Source of the DNA: Candidatus Zymogenaceae bacterium
GTDB taxonomy: Bacteria > Desulfobacterota > Zymogenia > Zymogenales > Zymogenaceae
Length of the DNA: 64,000 nucleotides
Direction: 5' to 3'
Assembly (NCBI GenBank): GCA_016933535.1
Contig: JAFGAS010000077.1
Location: 1,540-65,539, forward strand
This document shows positions 1 to 7,646 of this stretch, in pieces. The notes beneath the pieces are model-generated. The model ran no database searches. It was not told where the DNA came from and worked only from the letters and a program-made list of their open reading frames with translations. The stretch's first letter is position 1, and the number at the start of each line of letters is the position of its first letter. The position numbers and the translations under genes were made by a program.

Positions 1-277
1 TCGTATCGGCGATCCTCCAGGTAAAGATGTACCCGTGTTTCTCGATTTTTGCCGAGGGGTCGTATAGCGAGGGGTCGTCGTAGAAGACAACTTTCTCGTC
101 GCACCCGGGGCAGCGCGCCTCGTCCTTTTTTATGTAGTTGCGCACGAGCAGTTCGCTGCACTTCGGACAGATTGCCGGGGCGTTGCACGTCTCCATGAAA
201 TTCACGAATCCGGCGCCGACAAAGATGTCGCCCGTATCAAAACCACATTTGCAGAGACCCCGTAAAATTATGCCCAT
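1..277 (-). CDS. hypothetical Cys-rich (zinc-ribbon-like) protein, C-terminal part runs off the window
   Basis: Own translation of the minus strand from ATG at 277: MGIILRGLCKCGFDTGDIFVGAGFVNFMETCNAPAICPKCSELLVRNYIKKDEARCPGCDEKVVFYDDPSLYDPSAKIEKHGYIFTWRIADT, open to base 1. It has CxC, CPxC and CPGC pairs. It is absent from the ORF track because the window edge truncates it. Confidence 0.45.
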   Translation of the reverse strand, partial: MGIILRGLCKCGFDTGDIFVGAGFVNFMETCNAPAICPKCSELLVRNYIKKDEARCPGCDEKVVFYDDPSLYDPSAKIEKHGYIFTWRIADT

Positions 278-546
278 GGCTACCGGCTCGATCGGTTTGT
301 GGTTACGCTGCCCCGCCCGCGACGGAAGAACCGCGTGCGGCGTTCGTGTTAATATAGCAAAAAACAATAAATGTCTCAAGCAATAACTGTATATTTCTGC
401 ACCGGACAGAGAGGACGCGAGGGATTTGTCTCCGTTTGCCCCTATTCTTCCCGATAGATAGGACAATCCCGCGATTAGCGGCTGCGCTGCGGGCGGCATG
501 TTGGGCCGCCCCTGCCCGTGCCAAACCGTACCACCCCTATAGGTTC

Positions 547-674
547 AGATTGCCACGGCCGTTTTACTGCCTCTCAATAACGGGGACAAAGCTGAGATTG
601 CCTCGTCGCTGCGTTGCTCTCAATGACGAGTGGGGATCGTCGACCATAAGGACGCTCCCTGCAATAACAGGGGA
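547..674. repeat. three degenerate tandem units (~46-48 bp) with a conserved core CAAT(A/G)AC..GGGGA, each able to form a hairpin
   Basis: AGATTGCC occurs at 547 and 595. CTCTCAAT occurs at 571 and 617, with CTGCAAT at 659. GGGGA occurs at 582, 632 and 670. The stems differ in sequence but keep complementarity: CCGTT/AACGG, CTCGTC/GACGAG, TCCCTG/CAGGGG. Confidence 0.5.
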
Positions 675-745
675 TTATATCATTATGCTTGACTTATGCG
701 GATAGTTAGATTAGCATATCTCAATTATAACTTAGTGAGGATAGT

Positions 746-1309
746 ATGAAGAAGAAGCTCGTCCTGTGCCTTTCTTTTTCTGTTCTCGCGATCTGGGCCC
801 TTACCTGCGCCGCCGCGCCGGTTGCCGTTCCGACGCCGGGGGCCGGAATTACCGAAACGGTTAACGCGGGTTCGGACACGGTGTATGACGCGTTCGTCAA
901 GTATTTTGCCGACAACGGCTACGTCCTGGACAGCGCCGACAAGCCCGCCGGGACCATCACGACAATCAGAATGGAGGTCACCGACAAGGAGGTCGTCTCC
1001 TACTACCGTAATGTAACGGGAGACAAGAGCGAGTATAAAACAAAGGGGCTCAATTTCGGTTACTGCGACTGCGGTTTGCCCCAAAAAGGGCGGCTCATCT
1101 GGCAGAACCTTTATTACAGCTACACCGTCGATATAAAGAAGGTAACCGATAAAACGACCCAGGTGACCGTGAAGGCGAGGTTCTGGACGGAACTCTATAA
1201 GCAGCTTGCGTTCGCCCTGGTTGAGTATGACAGCGACCGGGACTGCGTATCCACCGGGGAATATGAAAAGAAGCTTATCGAGGAGATCAAGGCGAAATAC
1301 CTGAAGTAA
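746..1309 (+). CDS. secreted hypothetical protein (N-terminal signal peptide)
   Basis: ATG preceded by GTGAGGA. N-terminus MKKKLVLCLSFSVLAIWALTCAAAP is a typical signal sequence. Terminator hairpin downstream. I recognised no family. Confidence 0.7.
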   Translation: MKKKLVLCLSFSVLAIWALTCAAAPVAVPTPGAGITETVNAGSDTVYDAFVKYFADNGYVLDSADKPAGTITTIRMEVTDKEVVSYYRNVTGDKSEYKTKGLNFGYCDCGLPQKGRLIWQNLYYSYTVDIKKVTDKTTQVTVKARFWTELYKQLAFALVEYDSDRDCVSTGEYEKKLIEEIKAKYLK

Positions 1310-1341
1310 TAAAAATACCGGGGCCAACCGGTAAGACCGGA

Positions 1342-1372
1342 GGGGGGCGGCGTTTCGTCCCCCTTATTTTGT
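1342..1372 (+). terminator. rho-independent terminator candidate
   Basis: GGGGGG (1342-1347), loop, then CCCCC (1359-1363) followed by TTATTTTG, 33 nt after the stop of 746..1309. Confidence 0.55.
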
Positions 1373-1400
1373 CTTCGGGCCGATTGTGAGAAACGCGTCG

Positions 1401-1488
1401 GGGCCGGCCGATTGAGCGCATCGTGCGGGAGGGAATTTCATCGGCGCCGGAGTGCCGATCCGATCCTCCTGCGCACGATATCGGTGTA
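1401..1488. repeat. direct repeat copy A (duplicate of the 3' end of the 2509..3585 gene)
   Basis: Aligns base for base with 2472..2559 at an offset of 1071 bp. The core 1441-1488 differs from 2512-2559 at one position. On the minus strand it still reads YTDIVRRRIGSALRRR followed by a stop. Confidence 0.85.
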
Positions 1489-1569
1489 GGAAAGGAGAAA
1501 GGAGTCACCCCTCAGGATGCACCGAGCCAAGGGGAGGCCTGACCCGCTTACCATTTAATTCATTGGGCC

Positions 1570-2184
1570 CTATTTCTTTGGCTCAAAATAGATTATCACC
1601 CTGCATACGTCGTCTCCTTTGGCCCGGCACAGCACTTCTTTCACCTCATGTTCATCACCGGTGGCCCACTTGGCCAGCTCGGCATCCAATCCAACCTCGC
1701 CGAAACAGATCGGTCCGTCGCTTTTGAGCCCTCTGCACCAATAGCAGTCAAACAACTCACAGACAATTCCCTCATCAGTCACATAGGACCTCTGGTTTTC
1801 CCCAAAAACCTTATTAGTATTTTCTGCACCGAGTTTAAAAACCTCTTCGAGCCGTTTTCTTTTTGACAACAGTTTCAGCCCAACCCCCATGACCCCCATC
1901 ATCGCGGGGCTTTTTTCTATGAGGAGCTGAAATCCCCTCCGCCCCGCGTTATAAAGCAGCGGGCGCGCCCCCCTCTCCCCAAGGACATCTATGATGCCTC
2001 CCACGATTTTTCCGAAATCGCTGCCCATTGCCTCGATCTTTTCGTCGTTTGGCGGGAAGTTATCCCGGTACTTGGTGAGTCCCGAGTAATTCAATATCGA
2101 GTTGAGTCCATTTTTACCGACAATATCCTGCACCGTAAGAAGAGTGATGTACATCAGCGAATTCGGAATATACTCTTTGAGCAT
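1570..2184 (-). CDS. V4R-domain-like small-molecule binding protein (COG1719-like)
   Basis: 204 aa with GGGAGG 9 nt upstream of the ATG. Cys-containing C-terminal half (ELFDCYWCRGL...PICFGEVG...VLCRAKGDDVC), as I remember for 4-vinyl-reductase domains. The family call is from memory. Confidence 0.65.
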   Translation of the reverse strand: MLKEYIPNSLMYITLLTVQDIVGKNGLNSILNYSGLTKYRDNFPPNDEKIEAMGSDFGKIVGGIIDVLGERGARPLLYNAGRRGFQLLIEKSPAMMGVMGVGLKLLSKRKRLEEVFKLGAENTNKVFGENQRSYVTDEGIVCELFDCYWCRGLKSDGPICFGEVGLDAELAKWATGDEHEVKEVLCRAKGDDVCRVIIYFEPKK

Positions 2185-2471
2185 GTATCATTTCCTCCCG
2201 AATAGAGTCGGACCACCGTCTCCTACCGCTTCGGCAGCGGTATACGGCCCGATAGTATATTGTGCCATACTTATAACACGTTACGGCGTTTGCGACAAGA
2301 TATTCTACGAGCCATATGAGGACGGGACTAGTCCTTATAATTCTTGTGCCTGTTCTCCTTGACGTGTGAAATACACACCTCGTTCTTTTCCTCGTATAGA
2401 GGCATTTAAAATGGAGGAATATATCCAAACTCTAGTTTATAGAAACGCCCCATGTGGTATAGTCACCGCCG

Positions 2472-2559
2472 GGTCCGGTCAATTAGTCGCGTCGTGCTGG
2501 GGGGGATTTTATCGGCGCCGGAGTGCCGACCCGATCCTCCTGCGCACGATATCGGTGTA
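2472..2559. repeat. direct repeat copy B (overlaps the stop codon and last 16 codons of 2509..3585)
   Basis: See copy A. Contains the small palindromes CGGCGCCG and CGATATCG. Confidence 0.85.
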
Positions 2560-3585
2560 TCCCCTGATTCTTTGCGGCACCAGGCCGAGCCGCACCATCC
2601 CCGCTTTCCCCGGCAGGTCATAGTCACCCAGGCTCAGGTAGTCCCGAACGGCGCACACCGTATCGGCCGACGAGACGACCAGCGACTCCGGATAGCGCGG
2701 CGGGATGACCGTAATCGGCCACATGTGCTTGAGGATGATATCCTCTTCCTTTTTCGAGAGGTCCGTTACCCTGCGCGCGTTCTCCAGGGCGATCCGGGGG
2801 TGCCTCAGGCCGTGCAGCCGGGGCCCCTCGGTGAGCCAGTCGTAGTAAAAGAGGTCGTGCAGCAGGGCGCCCCGGACCACCGCTACCACATCCAGCGACA
2901 GCCTACTTGCCCAGAGAAAGCTCAGGTACGCCACCTCGTCCGCGTGCTCCAGCCGCGTCTTGTTCAGGTGATGGGGGTAGCGCGAAAGCCGGGCCACGTC
3001 CGGGTCTTCGAGCAGCGGCCGCGCGATCTGTTCGTACCGTCTCCTGAGTATTTCCCGCTCACCGGGGGATATCGTCACGAGGCGCCGGACAGAGACCGCC
3101 GTAAAATCGGCCAGCATCACCCAGGCGACTACCGTCGTGAGGATCATCACTGTGTCGGCCGATATGGCCGTAAGCACGCGGGTATAGGCGGGGTACAGGA
3201 AGAGTTCAAAGGCAAAGGCCGCCGCCACCCAGTATGCCGAAAACGTGGGGCAGATAGAGCCCTTATAGTTGAAACGCTGATCCGTATAGTCCCACAGGCG
3301 GACACGGAACAGCCGCCGCAAAAGAAATCCCGAGGCCAGTTCGAGCCCGGACATGAGCGCCAGGTATACGGCCGCCCTGACGACGATACCGGAATCCGCG
3401 AGCAGCCAACCGGCCCCGACGAGAAGCAGCGCTCCCGTGCCGTAGAGGATCAGGTACGGCCCTTTCAGGAGGCCGGGGTTGATAAAACGCCCGGCGTTAT
3501 AGGATCGATAACAGACCTCCAGTATCCACCCTGACACGGAAAAGAAACAAAACGCACAGAGAATATGTATCATATCAGCCATCAT
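2509..3585 (-). CDS. fusion protein: N-terminal polytopic membrane domain plus C-terminal HD-domain phosphohydrolase
   Basis: The first ~170 aa are hydrophobic helices (ILCAFCFFSVSGWILEVCY..., LILYGTGALLLVGAGWLL...). The C-terminal half has HD-type motifs (HHLNKTRLEH..., GALLHDLFYYDW, KHMWP). The plus-strand ORF 2452..3534 is its shadow. Confidence 0.8.
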   Translation of the reverse strand: MMADMIHILCAFCFFSVSGWILEVCYRSYNAGRFINPGLLKGPYLILYGTGALLLVGAGWLLADSGIVVRAAVYLALMSGLELASGFLLRRLFRVRLWDYTDQRFNYKGSICPTFSAYWVAAAFAFELFLYPAYTRVLTAISADTVMILTTVVAWVMLADFTAVSVRRLVTISPGEREILRRRYEQIARPLLEDPDVARLSRYPHHLNKTRLEHADEVAYLSFLWASRLSLDVVAVVRGALLHDLFYYDWLTEGPRLHGLRHPRIALENARRVTDLSKKEEDIILKHMWPITVIPPRYPESLVVSSADTVCAVRDYLSLGDYDLPGKAGMVRLGLVPQRIRGYTDIVRRRIGSALRRR

Positions 3586-3637
3586 GCCGTGTACCGTTGT
3601 TCATGTATCGTGCGGCCAATCGGATAGTGCCGGGCCC

Positions 3638-4222
3638 TCAACAATTCCTTTCGGACAATATTCCGAAAAAGAGGATTCGCTGTAATTCGTCAAGATAATG
3701 CTCGATGCGCTCCTGACTGCCGCCAACAAGCCAGTTAAGCTCAAATCCCCTGAGCGAATGGCAAATGGCCCGCGCGGTGAGCAAAATATCGTTAAGCTTA
3801 AAAACGCCCTTTTCCATCCCCTCTTTCAGGATCGAGACAACGATAGAGACCTCCGATTCAAACAGGTCGTTTCGAATGGTATCGGCCTTGTGCAGGTGTT
3901 CCTCTATCCCTTCCCGATCCAGGTTGAGGATGTTTACGGCCCGGCGCATATGCTGAAACTTGGAATGGACGAAGGACGCAAGCTTTTTCTCCGGCGAGAC
4001 TTCCCGGTTAACCGACAGGGTAATCTCTTCCACGATCTCTTCCACTTCCCGGCTGAGGACTTGAAGGTAGACCCCTTCTTTGCTTCTGAAATAGTTATAG
4101 ATGGTGCCCTTGGCCACGCGCGCCATCCGGGCGATCTCATCAAGATTTGTCTTCCTGAGACCGTATCGGGCAAACGCCGTGCGTGCCGTTGTCAGTATGG
4201 CTTCCAGCTTTTCCTTTTTCAT
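3638..4222 (-). CDS. TetR/AcrR family transcriptional regulator
   Basis: MKKEKLEAILTTARTAFARYGLRKTNLDEIARMARVAKGTIYNYFRSKEGVY is a classic TetR HTH. I chose the ATG at 4222 (GAGGA upstream) over the TTG at 4285 used in the track. Confidence 0.9.
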   Translation of the reverse strand: MKKEKLEAILTTARTAFARYGLRKTNLDEIARMARVAKGTIYNYFRSKEGVYLQVLSREVEEIVEEITLSVNREVSPEKKLASFVHSKFQHMRRAVNILNLDREGIEEHLHKADTIRNDLFESEVSIVVSILKEGMEKGVFKLNDILLTARAICHSLRGFELNWLVGGSQERIEHYLDELQRILFFGILSERNC

Positions 4223-4248
4223 GGCCTTGTCCTCACAATTATCTTTTT

Positions 4249-4282
4249 GTACTATTTTCGTTTTATAGTTCAAATATAGTAC
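4249..4282. promoter_or_regulatory. operator-like inverted/direct half-sites in the TetR-PfkB divergent region
   Basis: GTACTAT (4249-4255) faces ATAGTAC (4276-4282), with an extra ATAGT at 4265. AT-rich patch directly upstream of the TetR start. Confidence 0.35.
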
Positions 4283-4495
4283 CAAAGGAAGGCCGTGTCA
4301 AGGTCTTTTTTTAAAGAAGGATATCCATGGACGATTCGTTGAGATAACGGACCGCGCCGAAAACGGGGACCCAAACGCCAAGGGGTCGGCCGCCGTTGGC
4401 AGATATCCCCACGGGCAGGCAGGGCGGCGGTTTGAAAGTCCGCGGCGCGACGTCGCGTGCCCGTTGTTACTTATCCGTTTCGGTTTCCTTTTCCC

Positions 4496-4524
4496 TTGAC
4501 TTGTCCCGGCGCGGCGGCTAAACT
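4496..4524 (+). promoter_or_regulatory. sigma-70-like promoter candidate for the PfkB/aldolase genes
   Basis: TTGACT, 17 nt, TAAACT, ending 35 nt before the ATG at 4559. A perfect 12-bp palindrome CGCGACGTCGCG lies at 4446-4457 upstream. Confidence 0.4.
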
Positions 4525-4558
4525 TTCCTCAGGTAAAAACCATTTTGCGAGCATACCC

Positions 4559-5494
4559 ATGAAAAAACTCGATATCGTTGGATTCGGGCTGTCCACCCTT
4601 GACGTGGTCATGGTGATGAAGGACATGCCCAACTGGGAGTACGGCGGCTGGGTGAGCGAGTTTGTCTTCCAGAACGGCGGGATGGCGGCCACGGCCGTCG
4701 CGGCGGCCGCCCGCCTGGGCGCCGACGCGGGCTTCATCGGCACCGTCGGCAACGACCAGATCGCCGACCTCAAGCTGAAGTTTCTTGCCGACCTCGGGGT
4801 GGACACGAGCCGCATGATCGTGAGGCCCGCTCCCGAGGGACAGGTCTCGTTCGTCTACGTCCACGAGGGAACGGGCGAGCGCGTCTTTGCCCCCAACCCC
4901 CGCTTCATCGCAAACCCGCCCGTGGCCGCGGAGATCGACAAGGACTACCTCACCTCGGCCGACTACCTCCACATGGACGCCCTCTACCTCGAGCCGTCGA
5001 TCGCTGCCGCCGAGATGATGAAGAAGGCCGGAAAGCAGGTGGCGGTGGACCTCGGGTCGTCCACCGGTATAGAGGTGGTCCCGGAGGTGAGGCGGCTCGT
5101 GGAGCTGACCGATATCCTGATTACCGGCGAGGGTTTTTCACAGGCCCTCACCAAACAGACCGACCTGAAAAAGGCGATGCGCGAGGCCCTGAAGGTGGGC
5201 CCCCGCCTCGTGGTGGAGACCCTCGGCGTCAAGGGCTGCTGGACGGTCACGAAGGACGACGAGTTCCACACCCCGGCCTTTGAGGTAACCCCGGTCAACA
5301 CCACCAACGCGGGCGACGTCTTTCACGGCGCGTACTACCTCGGGCTGATAAAGGGGTGGGACCTCAAGAAGGTCGCGGTGTTCGCCTCGGCGGCGGCGGC
5401 CCTGTTGTGCACGAAGCTTTCCGGCGACCGGATCCCGACGTACGACCAGGTGGCCGCGTTCCTCAAGGAGCGCAACGTCCAGTGGAATCCGTGA
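4559..5494 (+). CDS. PfkB-family carbohydrate kinase (ribokinase fold)
   Basis: MKKLDIVGFGLSTLDVV N-terminus and C-terminal NTTNAGDVFHGAYYLG (PfkB DTxGAGD signature). Start trimmed from the GTG at 4457. Confidence 0.85.
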   Translation: MKKLDIVGFGLSTLDVVMVMKDMPNWEYGGWVSEFVFQNGGMAATAVAAAARLGADAGFIGTVGNDQIADLKLKFLADLGVDTSRMIVRPAPEGQVSFVYVHEGTGERVFAPNPRFIANPPVAAEIDKDYLTSADYLHMDALYLEPSIAAAEMMKKAGKQVAVDLGSSTGIEVVPEVRRLVELTDILITGEGFSQALTKQTDLKKAMREALKVGPRLVVETLGVKGCWTVTKDDEFHTPAFEVTPVNTTNAGDVFHGAYYLGLIKGWDLKKVAVFASAAAALLCTKLSGDRIPTYDQVAAFLKERNVQWNP

Positions 5495-5620
5495 CAGGCG
5501 GCCCCCCCGTCCCCCGGATGATGGCGGCGGTCAATCCGCCGCCGGTCCGCGCGTACCGGCCGCGGGCCGGCTTTGCCCGCCCGCACAGACGACGAATATT
5601 CCGCAAAAGGATAACCCCCT

Positions 5621-6469
5621 ATGCCCCTCGTATCTATAAAGGAACAGCTCCAGCGGGCGACCGAAGAAGGTTTTGCCGTCCCCCTCTTTGACGCCTTCGA
5701 GATGGCCGCCGTCGAGGGTATCTTTGCGGCGGTCGAAACCAAGAAGGCCCCCGCCATCGTTGCGATCTACGACGCCTTCCTCTCGCTTCCGGCCGTGCCG
5801 GCCCACGCCGCCTTTATCCGGGAAATGGCCCGGCTCTCCCCGATGCCCGTCTCCCTCATGCTCGACCACGGCTCAAGCCCCGGGCAGTGCGAAAAGGCGC
5901 TCGCGCTGGGCTTTACCGACGTGATGTACGACGGCTCGAAACTCTCGATCGATGAGAACATCGCCGAGACAAGGCGGGTCGTTTTGGCGGCCCACGCGGC
6001 GGGTGCCGCCGTCGAGGCGGAGCTCGGGCACGTCGGCCAGGGGTCGGACTACGAGAGCATCGGCGCCGCCAGGGATGCATTCACCGATCCCGACACGGTC
6101 GGCCGCTTCGTGGCCGATACCGGGGTCGATTATCTGGCGGTGGCCGTCGGCACCGCCCACGGCCTCTATAAGGGCCGGCCGCACATCGACCTGGGCCTCA
6201 TCAAAAAAATCCGCGCGACGACCGATATCCCGCTGGTGCTCCACGGCGGGACCGGGCTCTCCGAGGCGCAGTACCGGGACGCGATCGGCGCGGGGATCGC
6301 CAAGATCAATATCTCCACCGACCTGATCATTGCCGCCACCGACAAGATGGTCGGGGCGGCCCGCGCCGAGGGCGCCTCGTACCTCGGCATCGTCCATGCC
6401 GCCCGGGAGGCCTACCGCGAACGCTGTTCGTATTACCTCGATCTCTTCGGGGCGTCGGGGAAGGGATAG
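5621..6469 (+). CDS. class II ketose-bisphosphate aldolase family (FBA/tagatose-BP/IolJ-like)
   Basis: FAVPLFDAFEM, LDHGSS, EAELGHVG, AVAVGTAHGLYKG, LVLHGGTGLS and AKINISTDL are collinear with class II aldolase motifs. Confidence 0.9.
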   Translation: MPLVSIKEQLQRATEEGFAVPLFDAFEMAAVEGIFAAVETKKAPAIVAIYDAFLSLPAVPAHAAFIREMARLSPMPVSLMLDHGSSPGQCEKALALGFTDVMYDGSKLSIDENIAETRRVVLAAHAAGAAVEAELGHVGQGSDYESIGAARDAFTDPDTVGRFVADTGVDYLAVAVGTAHGLYKGRPHIDLGLIKKIRATTDIPLVLHGGTGLSEAQYRDAIGAGIAKINISTDLIIAATDKMVGAARAEGASYLGIVHAAREAYRERCSYYLDLFGASGKG

Positions 6470-6549
6470 GCGGCCGGGCCATTGGAGGCAACACGGTCGC
6501 CAATTAAAAAGCGCCGTGTCAAAATGAAAAAACCAGTTCGCACGGGGTG

Positions 6550-6619
6550 AAGTCTCCTCTTGACTCATCTTTAGAATCGATGAGAGCTCCCTTTTGAAAC
6601 GTGAGCTAAGAGGAGACTT
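6550..6619 (+). terminator. long stem-loop followed by a T-rich tract (terminator or translational switch)
   Basis: A perfect 12-bp stem AAGTCTCCTCTT (6550-6561) / AAGAGGAGACTT (6608-6619) with an inner hairpin CTCATC/GATGAG, followed by CCCTTTTTCTTTTCTTT. Confidence 0.45.
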
Positions 6620-6660
6620 AATCCCTTTTTCTTTTCTTTATCTTCTCAAGGAGGAGAACA

Positions 6661-7371
6661 ATGGGTAAAGTCACCATGGCCGACGTGATGGCCGCATCAT
6701 ATACGATCACGGAAAATGGCCTGCAGTACCTCCCCGCACCGACAAAGAAAAACACCGCCCTGCTGCTGATCGACATCCAGGGCCTGGCAACGCCCGAACA
6801 TCTGGCAAAAAAAGCCGTCGCCAAAGGGCTGGCCGAAAAAGAGGTGAACGAGGCGCTCGCGGATTACCGGCAGCGTTTTTATGCCGCTCTCGGCGCCTGC
6901 GGAAAGCTGCTGGCCGCCGCCAGGGCAAACGGAATCCCGGCGATTCACGTCAAGATAGAGGGCCTCTCGGACGACGGACGTGACGCCGGCCTCGCCCATA
7001 AATTGGTGCAATGGATCCTTCCGCCGGGTGGCGAGGCGTCCCGCTTCCTGGATGAATGTAAGCCGAACCCGGGGGAGATCGTGCTTACCAAGACGGTCAG
7101 CGGGGCCTTTACGGGAACCATTCTCGACCGTGTCCTGGACCACATGGGAATAAAGGTCCTCTATATCGCCGGGTTTGTGACCGACGAATGCGTCGATACG
7201 ACCGTCCGGGTGGCTTTGGATTTGGGATACTTTTCCAACGTGGTCTCCGACGCCACCACGACCTACTACCAGGAAAGCTACCAGGCGGTCATAGACAAGT
7301 TCGGGGGGTGGGGCATTACCATTACCGCGGAAAATGTCGTCAAGACCTTCGAGGTATTGCCGGAAGGTTGA
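6661..7371 (+). CDS. isochorismatase-family cysteine hydrolase
   Basis: AGGAGG RBS. ALLLIDIQ, TKTVSGAFTGT and LYIAGFVTDECVDTTVRVALDLGY carry the catalytic Cys context. Confidence 0.85.
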   Translation: MGKVTMADVMAASYTITENGLQYLPAPTKKNTALLLIDIQGLATPEHLAKKAVAKGLAEKEVNEALADYRQRFYAALGACGKLLAAARANGIPAIHVKIEGLSDDGRDAGLAHKLVQWILPPGGEASRFLDECKPNPGEIVLTKTVSGAFTGTILDRVLDHMGIKVLYIAGFVTDECVDTTVRVALDLGYFSNVVSDATTTYYQESYQAVIDKFGGWGITITAENVVKTFEVLPEG

Positions 7372-7646
7372 TCGGACCGGAGGGCCGGAAAGACCGGCGT
7401 GTAAATTCGGTGTCGGTCATAACCAAGTCTTTGTGGGTGGATAGTACTGCCATTTATCGCGGCCTCCGGGCGGCCGTTGGAATTGTCCGAACGGAGTTGG
7501 AATGCGCCCGCTATCTTCAGGAATCCAACAGCCAGGCTCGATTCTGTTACTTTGACCGTGGCCGGAGCATATACTATGGATGAAGTCCGGGCTATCCTCC
7601 GGCGTATCGACGGGGGTATCGGTCTGCGATGGCGGGAATCCATCCC

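Noticed and set aside
547-674. Possible CRISPR remnant
   Set aside because: There are only three units, they are degenerate, there is no constant repeat with unique spacers, and no cas genes are present. I treat it as a tandem hairpin repeat instead.
1489-2471. Mobile element call for the repeat-bracketed insert
   Set aside because: I recognised no transposase, integrase, terminal inverted repeats or tRNA target. It is reported as a finding rather than as a mobile_element feature.
2452-3534. 360-aa plus-strand ORF
   Set aside because: It is antisense to the membrane-HD gene. The product is Arg/Pro/Gly-rich low-complexity sequence with no motif, typical of a GC-rich shadow ORF.
4434-4441. 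GAAAGTCC, reminiscent of the RNase P RNA P4 motif
   Set aside because: The surrounding sequence shows none of the other conserved RNase P elements. It lies in the PfkB 5' region.
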